Assembly: GCA_036170915.1 (NCBI GenBank)
Contig: JAVHQC010000029.1
Location: 262,950-326,949, forward strand
DNA from: Cyanobacteria bacterium auto_48_18
GTDB taxonomy: Bacteria > Cyanobacteriota > Vampirovibrionia > Obscuribacterales > Obscuribacteraceae
Length of the DNA: 64,000 bases
Reading direction: 5' to 3'
The notes beneath the pieces are model-generated. The model had not been told where the DNA came from. It worked only from the letters and a program-made list of their open reading frames with translations, and searched no databases. The position numbers and the translations under genes were made by a program. Shown here in pieces: positions 38,848-46,844 of this stretch. How positions within the stretch are numbered: position 1 is the first letter of the stretch; each line of letters starts with the position of its first letter.

Positions 38848-39864
38848 ATGATAGTGACTAGCTTAAAGACAAGCACCATACGCGTCGGTACCAGAGAAAG
38901 CAAACTAGCTCGTTTGCAGACCGATATCGTGATCTCGACTTTAAGCAACAATTTTCCCGACATTACTTTCGAAGTTCACCCCATCACCACCGGCGGTGAC
39001 AAAGTTCTCGACCGTCCGATTGTAGAACTTGGTACTCGCGGCGTTTTCGTCAAAGAATTAGAAGAAGCTTTACTCGAAAATAGAGTTGACTTTGTCGTAC
39101 ACAGTCTCAAAGATTTGCCGACAGATTTGCCTGATGGCTTGACACTGGCAGCGGTGCTCAATCGTGAAGATCCGCGTGACATTTTTGTCAGCTTAAAAGC
39201 AAACTCGTTCATGGAACTCGCACCCGGCAGTACAGTGGCAACGTCAAGCCGCAGACGCGCAGCACAGTTAATGGCACTGCGCCAAGATCTGCGCTTTGTC
39301 GATATGCGTGGCAACATTCCCACACGCGTGCGCAAATTAGAAGAAGGTCAATGTGACGCTATGATTTTGGCGGCAGCCGGACTTCTGCGGTTGGAATTAA
39401 ATGACAAAATTACAGAATATCTGAGCACAGAAATTTGCACACCAGCGGTAGGCCAGGGCGCTCTGGCTGTGGAATGCCGCAGCGGCGACAAAGAAATTTT
39501 GAACATGCTCACTGCAGTTCAAGATCAAAACGCCAAGGCAGAGGTGACAGCCGAGCGAGCATTTTTAGATGTGCTCGGTGGTGGCTGTTCGGTGCCGGCA
39601 GGCGCGCTGGGGCGTATTAAGTCGCGCGAAGCCGACGAAGTAATAAACGAACTTCTTTTTGAACCAAAGGGTGACATTCTTACACTGTCCGGCTGTGTCG
39701 CAGCGCTTGATGGCAGTGAAGTTTATCGTGATTCCATCAGTGGCCCACCTGAGTACGCCAAGCAACTTGGTCAAGCACTGGCTAAAAAAATGCAAGAGGC
39801 CGGTGCAGAAAAAATCTTGGTCGAGCTACGTCTCACCACACCAAATGTAGTATCACCTCCGTGA
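38848..39864 (+). CDS. hemC: Hydroxymethylbilane synthase
   Basis: GTRESKLA, GVFVKELE, VHSLKDLP, TSSRRR, RGN, PAVGQGA and GGCSVP motifs. Confidence 0.97.
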   Translation: MIVTSLKTSTIRVGTRESKLARLQTDIVISTLSNNFPDITFEVHPITTGGDKVLDRPIVELGTRGVFVKELEEALLENRVDFVVHSLKDLPTDLPDGLTLAAVLNREDPRDIFVSLKANSFMELAPGSTVATSSRRRAAQLMALRQDLRFVDMRGNIPTRVRKLEEGQCDAMILAAAGLLRLELNDKITEYLSTEICTPAVGQGALAVECRSGDKEILNMLTAVQDQNAKAEVTAERAFLDVLGGGCSVPAGALGRIKSREADEVINELLFEPKGDILTLSGCVAALDGSEVYRDSISGPPEYAKQLGQALAKKMQEAGAEKILVELRLTTPNVVSPP

Positions 39865-39873
39865 AACAGAACA

Positions 39874-40743
39874 GTGCAAACGGACGCGCTTAAAGGGCTG
39901 CGTGTGCTGGTCACCCGCGCCGAAGATCAAGCCGATAATTACAAACAGCAACTCGAAGAAGCGGGTGCGCATGTTAGCGAGTTGCCCGTAATCAGCATCA
40001 AGCCCACCGGTGACTATTCGGCTTTAGACGCCGCCTTGAAAAACATTTCGTCTTACCAATGGATAGTCTTCGCCAGTCAAAATGCTGTCAATCACACCAT
40101 GGCGAGGGTGAAGCACCTGGGCCTCGACCGGCATTGCTTGCGGCAAATTAAAATCGCCAGCATCGGCCCATCAACCAGCGACTTGATAAGTACTTATGAC
40201 TTAACGGTTTCGTACCAACCAACTGTTTTTGTCGCCGAAACTTTTGTGGCCGAATTTCCCGGTTATCCAAAATTGACTGACATTCGCATATTGTGGCCCA
40301 GAACCAATATCGGCCGGCGCCTTATTGCCGAACAGCTTCAAGCCGCCGGTGCCCAAGTCGAAGCTGCCATAGCTTACGAAACCGGACTGCCTGATAATGC
40401 CGATGCGGCAGCAAAAAAACTAGTGGCCATGCTTGAAGCAAACTCTATTGACGTCATTACGCTGGCAAGCGCCCAGACGGCAAAAAATTTGGCCGCGCTC
40501 GTTGACCTCGGATTGCAACAGAAGTTTGCAACGGACGCTGAAAGAGATAAAGACGGAGAAGAAAAGAGCCAGGCGAAAAAAGCTCTGCTGGCTGACGTCA
40601 AAATTGCGGCAATCGGGCCGATAACCGCTGCCACAGCGGCGCAAAGCCTCGGGCGCGTCGATATCGTCGCAGCTCAACACACCCTTGACGGGCTGACAGA
40701 AGCACTCTTGGCATCATTAAAATTCCCACAGAATCAGCAATGA
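39874..40743 (+). CDS. hemD: Uroporphyrinogen-III synthase
   Basis: VLVTR, FASQNAV, IGPST, AYET and AAIGPIT motifs; between hemC and hemB. Confidence 0.92.
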   Translation: MQTDALKGLRVLVTRAEDQADNYKQQLEEAGAHVSELPVISIKPTGDYSALDAALKNISSYQWIVFASQNAVNHTMARVKHLGLDRHCLRQIKIASIGPSTSDLISTYDLTVSYQPTVFVAETFVAEFPGYPKLTDIRILWPRTNIGRRLIAEQLQAAGAQVEAAIAYETGLPDNADAAAKKLVAMLEANSIDVITLASAQTAKNLAALVDLGLQQKFATDAERDKDGEEKSQAKKALLADVKIAAIGPITAATAAQSLGRVDIVAAQHTLDGLTEALLASLKFPQNQQ

Positions 40744-40830
40744 GGCCTCTCTGCATCCATCTATGTATTTAGATGCGATATATTTAGTAGCGCTGCTAAG
40801 CAGCAAAATTTGCAAAGAAAGGACAATTTG

Positions 40831-41865
40831 ATGAAAGAGATTGTTTCGCCCGCCAGAGACACCGAACAAGGCAACAGTGCTTATGTCTTGCCTCGAGTCA
40901 CTCCCACCATGCGCATGCGCCGTTTGCGCGCCAAAGCGCCGCTTCGGGCCATGGTTCGCGAAACACACTTGCGCGTCGAACAATTGATTTATCCCTTCTT
41001 TATTGTGGAAGGTTCAGGCGTCAAAAAGCCTATCAGCTCAATGCCAGGCATTCATCAGCAAAGCATTGATGAAATGTTGAAAGAAGCCGACGAGGCTGTA
41101 AAACTGGGCCTCTCCGCTGTTCTGCTTTTCGGCATTCCTTCCAGCAAAGATTCGCAAGCAAGCGGCGCCTGGTCAGACAACGGCATTGTTCAGCGTGCCA
41201 CCCGTGAATTGAAAAAACGCTACCCTGACTTGCTCGTTATTGCCGACACCTGTCTTTGTGAATACATGGATCATGGCCACTGCGGCCTGGTTCACGAGGG
41301 CAAAATTCTCAATGATCCGAGCTTGGAAATTCTTGCTCGCTCAGCTGTTTCTCAAGCTGCCGCCGGCGCCGATATCATTGCTCCGTCAGACATGATGGAT
41401 GGCCGCATCGCCGCTATCCGGGCTGCTCTTGATGCCAATGGTTTCGAAAATATTCCAATTATGGCTTACAGCGCTAAATTCTCATCTGGACTTTATGGAC
41501 CATTCAGAGAAGCTGCCGAGTCAGCACCTCAGTTTGGCGACCGCAACAGCTATCAAATGGATCCTGCCAACGGCCGGGAAGCCCTGCGCGAAGTGCTTCT
41601 CGACATCGAGGAAGGCGCCGATATTGTCATGATCAAACCCGCTTTGCCTTACCTTGACGTCATCAGCCAGACTCGCGAACTCACCAAACTGCCCATTGCC
41701 GCCTATAATGTTTCTGGTGAGTACTCAATGGTTAAAGCAGCTGCTGCCAACGGCTGGATCGACGAGAAACGGGTGGTCATGGAGTGCTTAACGGGCATAG
41801 TCCGTGCAGGTGCCGACATGATTATTACCTATCATGCCAAAGACGTAGCTCAGTGGCTCAAGTAA
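40831..41865 (+). CDS. hemB: Porphobilinogen synthase
   Basis: [39 protein letters not shown] and AYNVSGEY motifs. Confidence 0.97.
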   Translation: MKEIVSPARDTEQGNSAYVLPRVTPTMRMRRLRAKAPLRAMVRETHLRVEQLIYPFFIVEGSGVKKPISSMPGIHQQSIDEMLKEADEAVKLGLSAVLLFGIPSSKDSQASGAWSDNGIVQRATRELKKRYPDLLVIADTCLCEYMDHGHCGLVHEGKILNDPSLEILARSAVSQAAAGADIIAPSDMMDGRIAAIRAALDANGFENIPIMAYSAKFSSGLYGPFREAAESAPQFGDRNSYQMDPANGREALREVLLDIEEGADIVMIKPALPYLDVISQTRELTKLPIAAYNVSGEYSMVKAAAANGWIDEKRVVMECLTGIVRAGADMIITYHAKDVAQWLK

Positions 41866-41874
41866 GGGTCTAAG

Positions 41875-42366
41875 ATGAAGACAAGCACAGCTTTTCAAAT
41901 CAGTTTCGCCAATGCATTTGCAGACCTATATCTAGATAAAGAAAACGGTGAATTTGCACTCGATTTTCGCCGCCAGGAAGTAACAATTTACCTGAACAAC
42001 ACTCAGTATCAGGCGCTTGTTTTACTGGTGCAGCAAAGCCTCGAAGACGAAACGTTTATTGAATATCTAGATTGGCAAAAAGACCCATTGCAGTGCGAAG
42101 AAAATCAGATGTTCGAAGTCTGCGGGCCAGATCACATGGTTTGCATGTCTTGCTCGCCTAACTGCGAGCGCGTCAAACTTACTTTTGATATCGGCCTGGC
42201 AATTGATCTTTCATTCGCTGACTTCCAGGGTCTTGCCAGTTTGATCAAAGAAGCTCAAGCCGATCTTGAATGGCGCCGCGAACTGCTGCGTTTAAATAGC
42301 GCTGATACCGATGTCGATTCAGACAGCGACAGCCCGCCCGGATTTGCCGCTGGTGGGCATGACTGA
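41875..42366 (+). CDS. Hypothetical acidic protein with a Cys cluster, directly after hemB
   Basis: 163-aa ORF 9 bp after the hemB stop; CEENQMFEVCGPDHMVCMSCSPNC. Confidence 0.7.
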   Translation: MKTSTAFQISFANAFADLYLDKENGEFALDFRRQEVTIYLNNTQYQALVLLVQQSLEDETFIEYLDWQKDPLQCEENQMFEVCGPDHMVCMSCSPNCERVKLTFDIGLAIDLSFADFQGLASLIKEAQADLEWRRELLRLNSADTDVDSDSDSPPGFAAGGHD

Positions 42367-42401
42367 CCAGTGAGTTCTGACCTGCTGGTATACCTAAACG
42401 A

Positions 42402-42454
42402 GAAAAATCCTGCTTACAGATTTTCTCGAGGTTTTTCTGTAAGCAGGATTTTTC
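42402..42454. terminator. 19-bp perfect inverted repeat between convergent genes; probable bidirectional terminator
   Basis: GAAAAATCCTGCTTACAGA (42402-42420), 15-nt loop, TCTGTAAGCAGGATTTTTC (42436-42454). Confidence 0.75.
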
Positions 42455-42483
42455 GAAATTAGAGATCAAGGCAGGAATTCAAT

Positions 42484-43755
42484 TTAAGTCAGCTCTTTGT
42501 AATTGGCTATTTTGCGCTTGAGTAAATCGTGAACGTAGGCAGAAGCCATGCGATCAGGAAAACATCTTTTAGGTATTACCCACAAAGAGTACCCATGGGC
42601 GCCAAACAGCAAAATGTACTGTGAGTTTGTTTCCCAGCATTCTTGAAAATGCATCCAAGAGAGAAGCCAATATTTGTCCCCAAAACGAAGCCCGCAAGCC
42701 TCTTCAGATATTTGATAAACAAACAATTCGCGAAAGTTTTTGTCTTTTCTAATGGTTCGCATGGTAAGCCAATAAGAAAGCCCTGAATGGATCAAAATTA
42801 TAGGAACGTAGATCAAAAAAAACTGGCTGAAATGCTTCAGGAGTTCGAGGGTAAAACTAAATCCATTGGCCACCGTGCCAAGTCCAGTCAAGATTGCCGC
42901 AATCACTAAAGCGTGAACGAGCCAAACATTTAATAGTCTACGAAATTTTTTACGAAAGAAATGAATTTTTTCGGCTTCAATTATTTCAGGCAGATTGTAT
43001 TTTACTTCAAGAGAAAAACCTGAATCTAAGCAGTTATGAATTTCTCCAGCCGGCGCTAATTCAAAATCTATTACTAAATCAGGTGCTTTAAGCTCATTTG
43101 GTTTAAATGTAGTGGTAGTTAGCGAATATTGCTGCCCGTCTACGACCATTGCGCTGACTTCGTGCGTGCTGAAACTAATGCTGGAATCAGAACGGCCCTT
43201 ACCGATGTGAGAAAAATTTTTCACCATCGCGCGAACAAGCTTGCGAACAGTTTTTACTTCTTCAACCGACGCAAAACACCGTTTTGGTAAGACAAAAACG
43301 TCACTCGTGGACGGACCCATACAAAAGCTTTCGTCAGTCTCAAAAGCGATGGTCAGAGATTTCCAGTCGAGCGTACCTAAAGCTGACTTCGACTCAAAAC
43401 ACATGCCCGATGACGAAAGAATAAATTTCACCAACGAGTGAAAAGCCGGCCGATGACTATAACTCTGCATCGCTTTTCGCTTAGCAAAACTCCAAACCAC
43501 CAGCGCGGATACAAGCGGAATGCCGACAAGCGCCAATACTAGGGGAAGGGTGAAGGGCAGGTATCGACTGAATGAATCGGTGGTGAATCCTTCTGTTACG
43601 GACGCAACAAGCAAGGTAGCGCATGCAAAGAAAAACGTCACACAAAATACACTCATTACTAAGTGGGGTACCACTACTTCTTTGGCCACCTCCCAGTAGG
43701 CGTTATTTACTTCATCAGGTAAGTACTGCACTGAAATTAATATTGGCTCGTCCAT
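42484..43755 (-). CDS. Membrane protein with two tandem (2TM + YcxB/PH-like) modules
   Basis: Twice-repeated pattern of a TM pair followed by W..(L/F)....ET...(F/Y)...PKR.F. Confidence 0.75.
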   Translation of the reverse strand: MDEPILISVQYLPDEVNNAYWEVAKEVVVPHLVMSVFCVTFFFACATLLVASVTEGFTTDSFSRYLPFTLPLVLALVGIPLVSALVVWSFAKRKAMQSYSHRPAFHSLVKFILSSSGMCFESKSALGTLDWKSLTIAFETDESFCMGPSTSDVFVLPKRCFASVEEVKTVRKLVRAMVKNFSHIGKGRSDSSISFSTHEVSAMVVDGQQYSLTTTTFKPNELKAPDLVIDFELAPAGEIHNCLDSGFSLEVKYNLPEIIEAEKIHFFRKKFRRLLNVWLVHALVIAAILTGLGTVANGFSFTLELLKHFSQFFLIYVPIILIHSGLSYWLTMRTIRKDKNFRELFVYQISEEACGLRFGDKYWLLSWMHFQECWETNSQYILLFGAHGYSLWVIPKRCFPDRMASAYVHDLLKRKIANYKELT

Positions 43756-43772
43756 CCGCCACCTGTTACAGC

Positions 43773-45134
43773 CTAAGCAGTCAGCTCTTTGTAATTGGCT
43801 ATTTTGCGCTTGAGTAAATCATTTGCCGAAGCCGCCGCCATGCGATCAGGAAAACATCTTTTAGGTATTACCCACATAGCCCGCCCCTGAGCGCCGTAAA
43901 GCAGAATGTATTCAAGCTCGGTTTCCCAGCATTCTTGAAAATGCCACCAGGTGACGACTGAATACTTGTCACCCATGCGCAAACCGCATGAGTCTTCAGT
44001 CAGTTGAAAAATAATAGGATTGGTCAGGCTGGTGTCGCCTTTGATTCGCCGCATAATAGTCTTAAAAAGCGTTAGCGCGTGAATGAGCAAAGCCGGCACG
44101 TACAGCAGAAACCACAAACCGTATTGACGCAAAAGCCCCATAGTAAAATCTAAACCGTCGGCGATATAACCGATGGTAAACAAAGCTAGTGGTATCAACA
44201 AAGCGTGAAACAAATAAGCCTTACCTAAAAGCGGCAATTTTTTGCGAAAGAAATGAATTTTCTCAGCGTCAATAATTTCTTCAGCGTTGTAGGTCACTTC
44301 TACAGTCAGTCCTGAAGCGGCCTTTAGATCGACCACCGTGGAATTCTCTTTTTCACGTTCAGCTTCACCAGATAAAACCGCAGAAAGTGGAGGCTCAGAA
44401 GCAAGAATTTCTGCGGCATTGACACCTTCTGCATCAAAAGAATAAGCTTGCCCTGCTCCCGTCACGACGTTGGTCGCCGCCTTTACTTCAGACCCTTGAT
44501 GTTTATATTCTTGACCGTCAACGATGATCGATAAAACTTCTTGCTTCTCATAACTAAAGCTGCTATCGGCTCGACCTTTGCCTACATGCTTATAGCTTGA
44601 GATGTGGCTTTTGAGAATGCTGCGAACCCCTTTGACTTCCATTGCAGAGGCAAAAGCACGCTTGGGAAGAATGAAAATTTCGTTGGCGCTGGAGCCAACG
44701 CAAAAGCTTTCGTCTGTTTCTAAACCGATTGATAAGTGCTTCCAGTCAATGGTGCCTGACCCGCCAGTAGAGGTGACTTTTAAGCCGCCATCAGAAAGTA
44801 TGAAAGTCATAGGCAAATGAAAAACCGGTCTTCTCAAATAACTATCCATGGCGCTTTGCTTGGCTAGTATCCAGATCACCATTGTGGAAGCAATGGGCAT
44901 CACAACTGGAGCCAGCAAGGCCAGAAAGAAAATCAGAGTTTCAGAGAAGCTCGAGCTTGTTGGAGTTTCGTGCGTGGTGACAAAAACCACAATACAAAAA
45001 ACAGGTATACCGAAAGTGAAGCTGAAGATTGCCAGTAAATCACGTGGCATCACCACGTCTTTATGTACGGCCCAGTAACCGTTATTTACTTCTTCGGGCT
45101 GATATTTAACAGAAATGAAAACTGGATCAACCAT
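43773..45134 (-). CDS. Tandem paralog of 42484..43755 with two YcxB/PH-like modules
   Basis: Same architecture; shares EEVNNxYW, AEKIHFFRKK, HFQECWET, WVIPKRCFPDRMA and DLLKRKIANYKELT. Confidence 0.75.
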   Translation of the reverse strand: MVDPVFISVKYQPEEVNNGYWAVHKDVVMPRDLLAIFSFTFGIPVFCIVVFVTTHETPTSSSFSETLIFFLALLAPVVMPIASTMVIWILAKQSAMDSYLRRPVFHLPMTFILSDGGLKVTSTGGSGTIDWKHLSIGLETDESFCVGSSANEIFILPKRAFASAMEVKGVRSILKSHISSYKHVGKGRADSSFSYEKQEVLSIIVDGQEYKHQGSEVKAATNVVTGAGQAYSFDAEGVNAAEILASEPPLSAVLSGEAEREKENSTVVDLKAASGLTVEVTYNAEEIIDAEKIHFFRKKLPLLGKAYLFHALLIPLALFTIGYIADGLDFTMGLLRQYGLWFLLYVPALLIHALTLFKTIMRRIKGDTSLTNPIIFQLTEDSCGLRMGDKYSVVTWWHFQECWETELEYILLYGAQGRAMWVIPKRCFPDRMAAASANDLLKRKIANYKELTA

Positions 45135-45148
45135 TAAAGAAAGGATTC

Positions 45149-46204
45149 CTATTTAGTGGCAAAAACAACCGGTGAATCGTATTCGACACCCTGGTGTTTG
45201 TACACGTGGCTAAAGCCTGCTGCCTGACAAAGCTTTGTCAATTCCTCAAAACTAAAGATGCAACCGTCTGTAGTGGCAAGATACATATTCAAACCAAACA
45301 TTAGCGGATACGGCGGAGCGGTACGCTCGTTGTTAGGCATATACTCAGCAATCTCGAGAGTGCCACCAGGCTTCAGGGCGGAGAAACAATAAGCGAGCAA
45401 TTTCTTGGTCATCTCAAGACCTTCAGAATGAAGAATGTGACCGAGAATAACCACATCATAAAGATCAGGAGTTAACTTGATTTGTCGCCAGTTGCCAGGC
45501 ACTTCTGTATATTGACTGGCCACCCCAAAGCGCTCAGTGATGCGTCTTGTCACTGACAATACCGCCGGAAAATCTAAAGCAGCAATATGATTGTCGCGAT
45601 TATCTTGAGCAAAAGGGATGCTCCAAACAGCAGAGCCAGCGGCCAAATCTAATACGTTAAGTGCGCGCTTTTCGCCTTGATGGCGTTCTTTCAAATATTT
45701 GACCACATCAGCGGCAATACAATAATTGAGAGGGACAATGGCCTCGGCCAGGTGGGGAAAAATCTCCTCTGCTTTGGCATCCACGTTGACCTCCATCACC
45801 GGTTGTCCTGTGCGTATGGTCTCTCGTAAACCTCTCCACATTTTATCCAGTTCGTCGTGCTGCTTAAGGTACATGCCCATGAATAGCGGGCTTTCGGCGA
45901 TCAGATAAGTCTGCGACGTCATGTTCAGTTCGTATACTGGCTCGCTACTGCGGGCGTGACCATTGAGATCGGCTCGGTCTAAAAGTTTTAGTGCGACAAG
46001 AGAATCAACTAATAAAGTCACGCCCTTTTCTTGGAGCTTCAGTTTTTTTGCCATTGATGCAGCTGACGACGGCCCAGCTGCCAGAGCCTCGAATATTCCC
46101 AATTCAACAGCGCTTTTCAAAGCTTGAATAGACCAGCTGCCCTGCAAAATATTTGAAATCGTCGTTGGTGGCATCAAGCGCAAAGTCGACAGGTACTTCA
46201 GCAT
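45149..46204 (-). CDS. SAM-dependent methyltransferase with N-terminal dimerisation domain (O-methyltransferase type)
   Basis: ALKSAVELGIFE, VLDLAAGSA, LDFP, GHILH and ALKPGG motifs. Confidence 0.88.
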   Translation of the reverse strand: MLKYLSTLRLMPPTTISNILQGSWSIQALKSAVELGIFEALAAGPSSAASMAKKLKLQEKGVTLLVDSLVALKLLDRADLNGHARSSEPVYELNMTSQTYLIAESPLFMGMYLKQHDELDKMWRGLRETIRTGQPVMEVNVDAKAEEIFPHLAEAIVPLNYCIAADVVKYLKERHQGEKRALNVLDLAAGSAVWSIPFAQDNRDNHIAALDFPAVLSVTRRITERFGVASQYTEVPGNWRQIKLTPDLYDVVILGHILHSEGLEMTKKLLAYCFSALKPGGTLEIAEYMPNNERTAPPYPLMFGLNMYLATTDGCIFSFEELTKLCQAAGFSHVYKHQGVEYDSPVVFATK

Positions 46205-46344
46205 CTAATTTTCTCCGCTTTCGCAAAATCGTCTCACACATTTATGTCATAGAGGGGCAGCAAACTACTCCCTTTACTTCTTATGCAAATGGTAGTGCAA
46301 AAGCCGGTATTTACAATGCACTCCCATTGATAGGCTATTTCGTC

Positions 46345-46350
46345 TATAAT
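46345..46350 (+). promoter_or_regulatory. Consensus -10 element for ffs
   Basis: TATAAT 7 nt before the 5' end of the SRP hairpin. Confidence 0.6.
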
Positions 46351-46357
46351 TCTCAAA

Positions 46358-46452
46358 CAGATCGTTGGGTGGCGGCGGAGGCCGACGAACCTGGTCAGGG
46401 GGGAAACCCAGCAGCCATAAGTTGAATTCTTCGGGTGTTGCCCAGCGGTCTG
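46358..46452 (+). ncRNA. ffs: Small bacterial SRP RNA (4.5S)
   Basis: Conserved domain IV GGTCAGG-GGG-GAAA-CCC-AGCAGCC inside a long hairpin whose ends pair (CAGATCGTTGGGT with GCCCAGCGGTCTG). Confidence 0.92.
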
Positions 46453-46489
46453 CTTTACACTTTCATCTACGACGACAACGATAAAGAAA

Positions 46490-46759
46490 ATGCCGAAATC
46501 AAAAAGCTCAAAAGAGGCCGAAGACACGCAGCAAGAACCAAGCCGCACTCTGCTGGGGCAAATTCTCGTAGAACTTGATTACATCACCATCTATCAGCTA
46601 GACGAGTCTCTTCGCATTCAGCGCGAAGACAAAGAGCACGATAGAGATCCCAAGCCGCTTGGACAAATTCTTTTGGAGTTGGGCTTCATTGGCCCCAACC
46701 AGTTAATCCGAGCGATTCAGGTGCAAGCTGAATACCGCAAGGCTCAAGCCGGTAAATAG
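46490..46759 (+). CDS. Stand-alone MshEN-like small protein
   Basis: Two copies of LGQIL(V/L)EL.(Y/F)I...QL...(L/I)..Q make up most of the 89-aa protein. Confidence 0.8.
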   Translation: MPKSKSSKEAEDTQQEPSRTLLGQILVELDYITIYQLDESLRIQREDKEHDRDPKPLGQILLELGFIGPNQLIRAIQVQAEYRKAQAGK

Positions 46760-46844
46760 GGTATTCCCGATTCCAAGAGGCTGCATAAGAGGTTAAACTT
46801 CTTATGGATCTTTTGTTAGGTGTCTTTGGTTTGGCGGTAGCTCT

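Noticed and set aside
46153..46548. Short ORFs 46153..46425 (+) and 46234..46548 (-)
   Set aside because: They overlap the SRP RNA and its promoter and show no protein-like features
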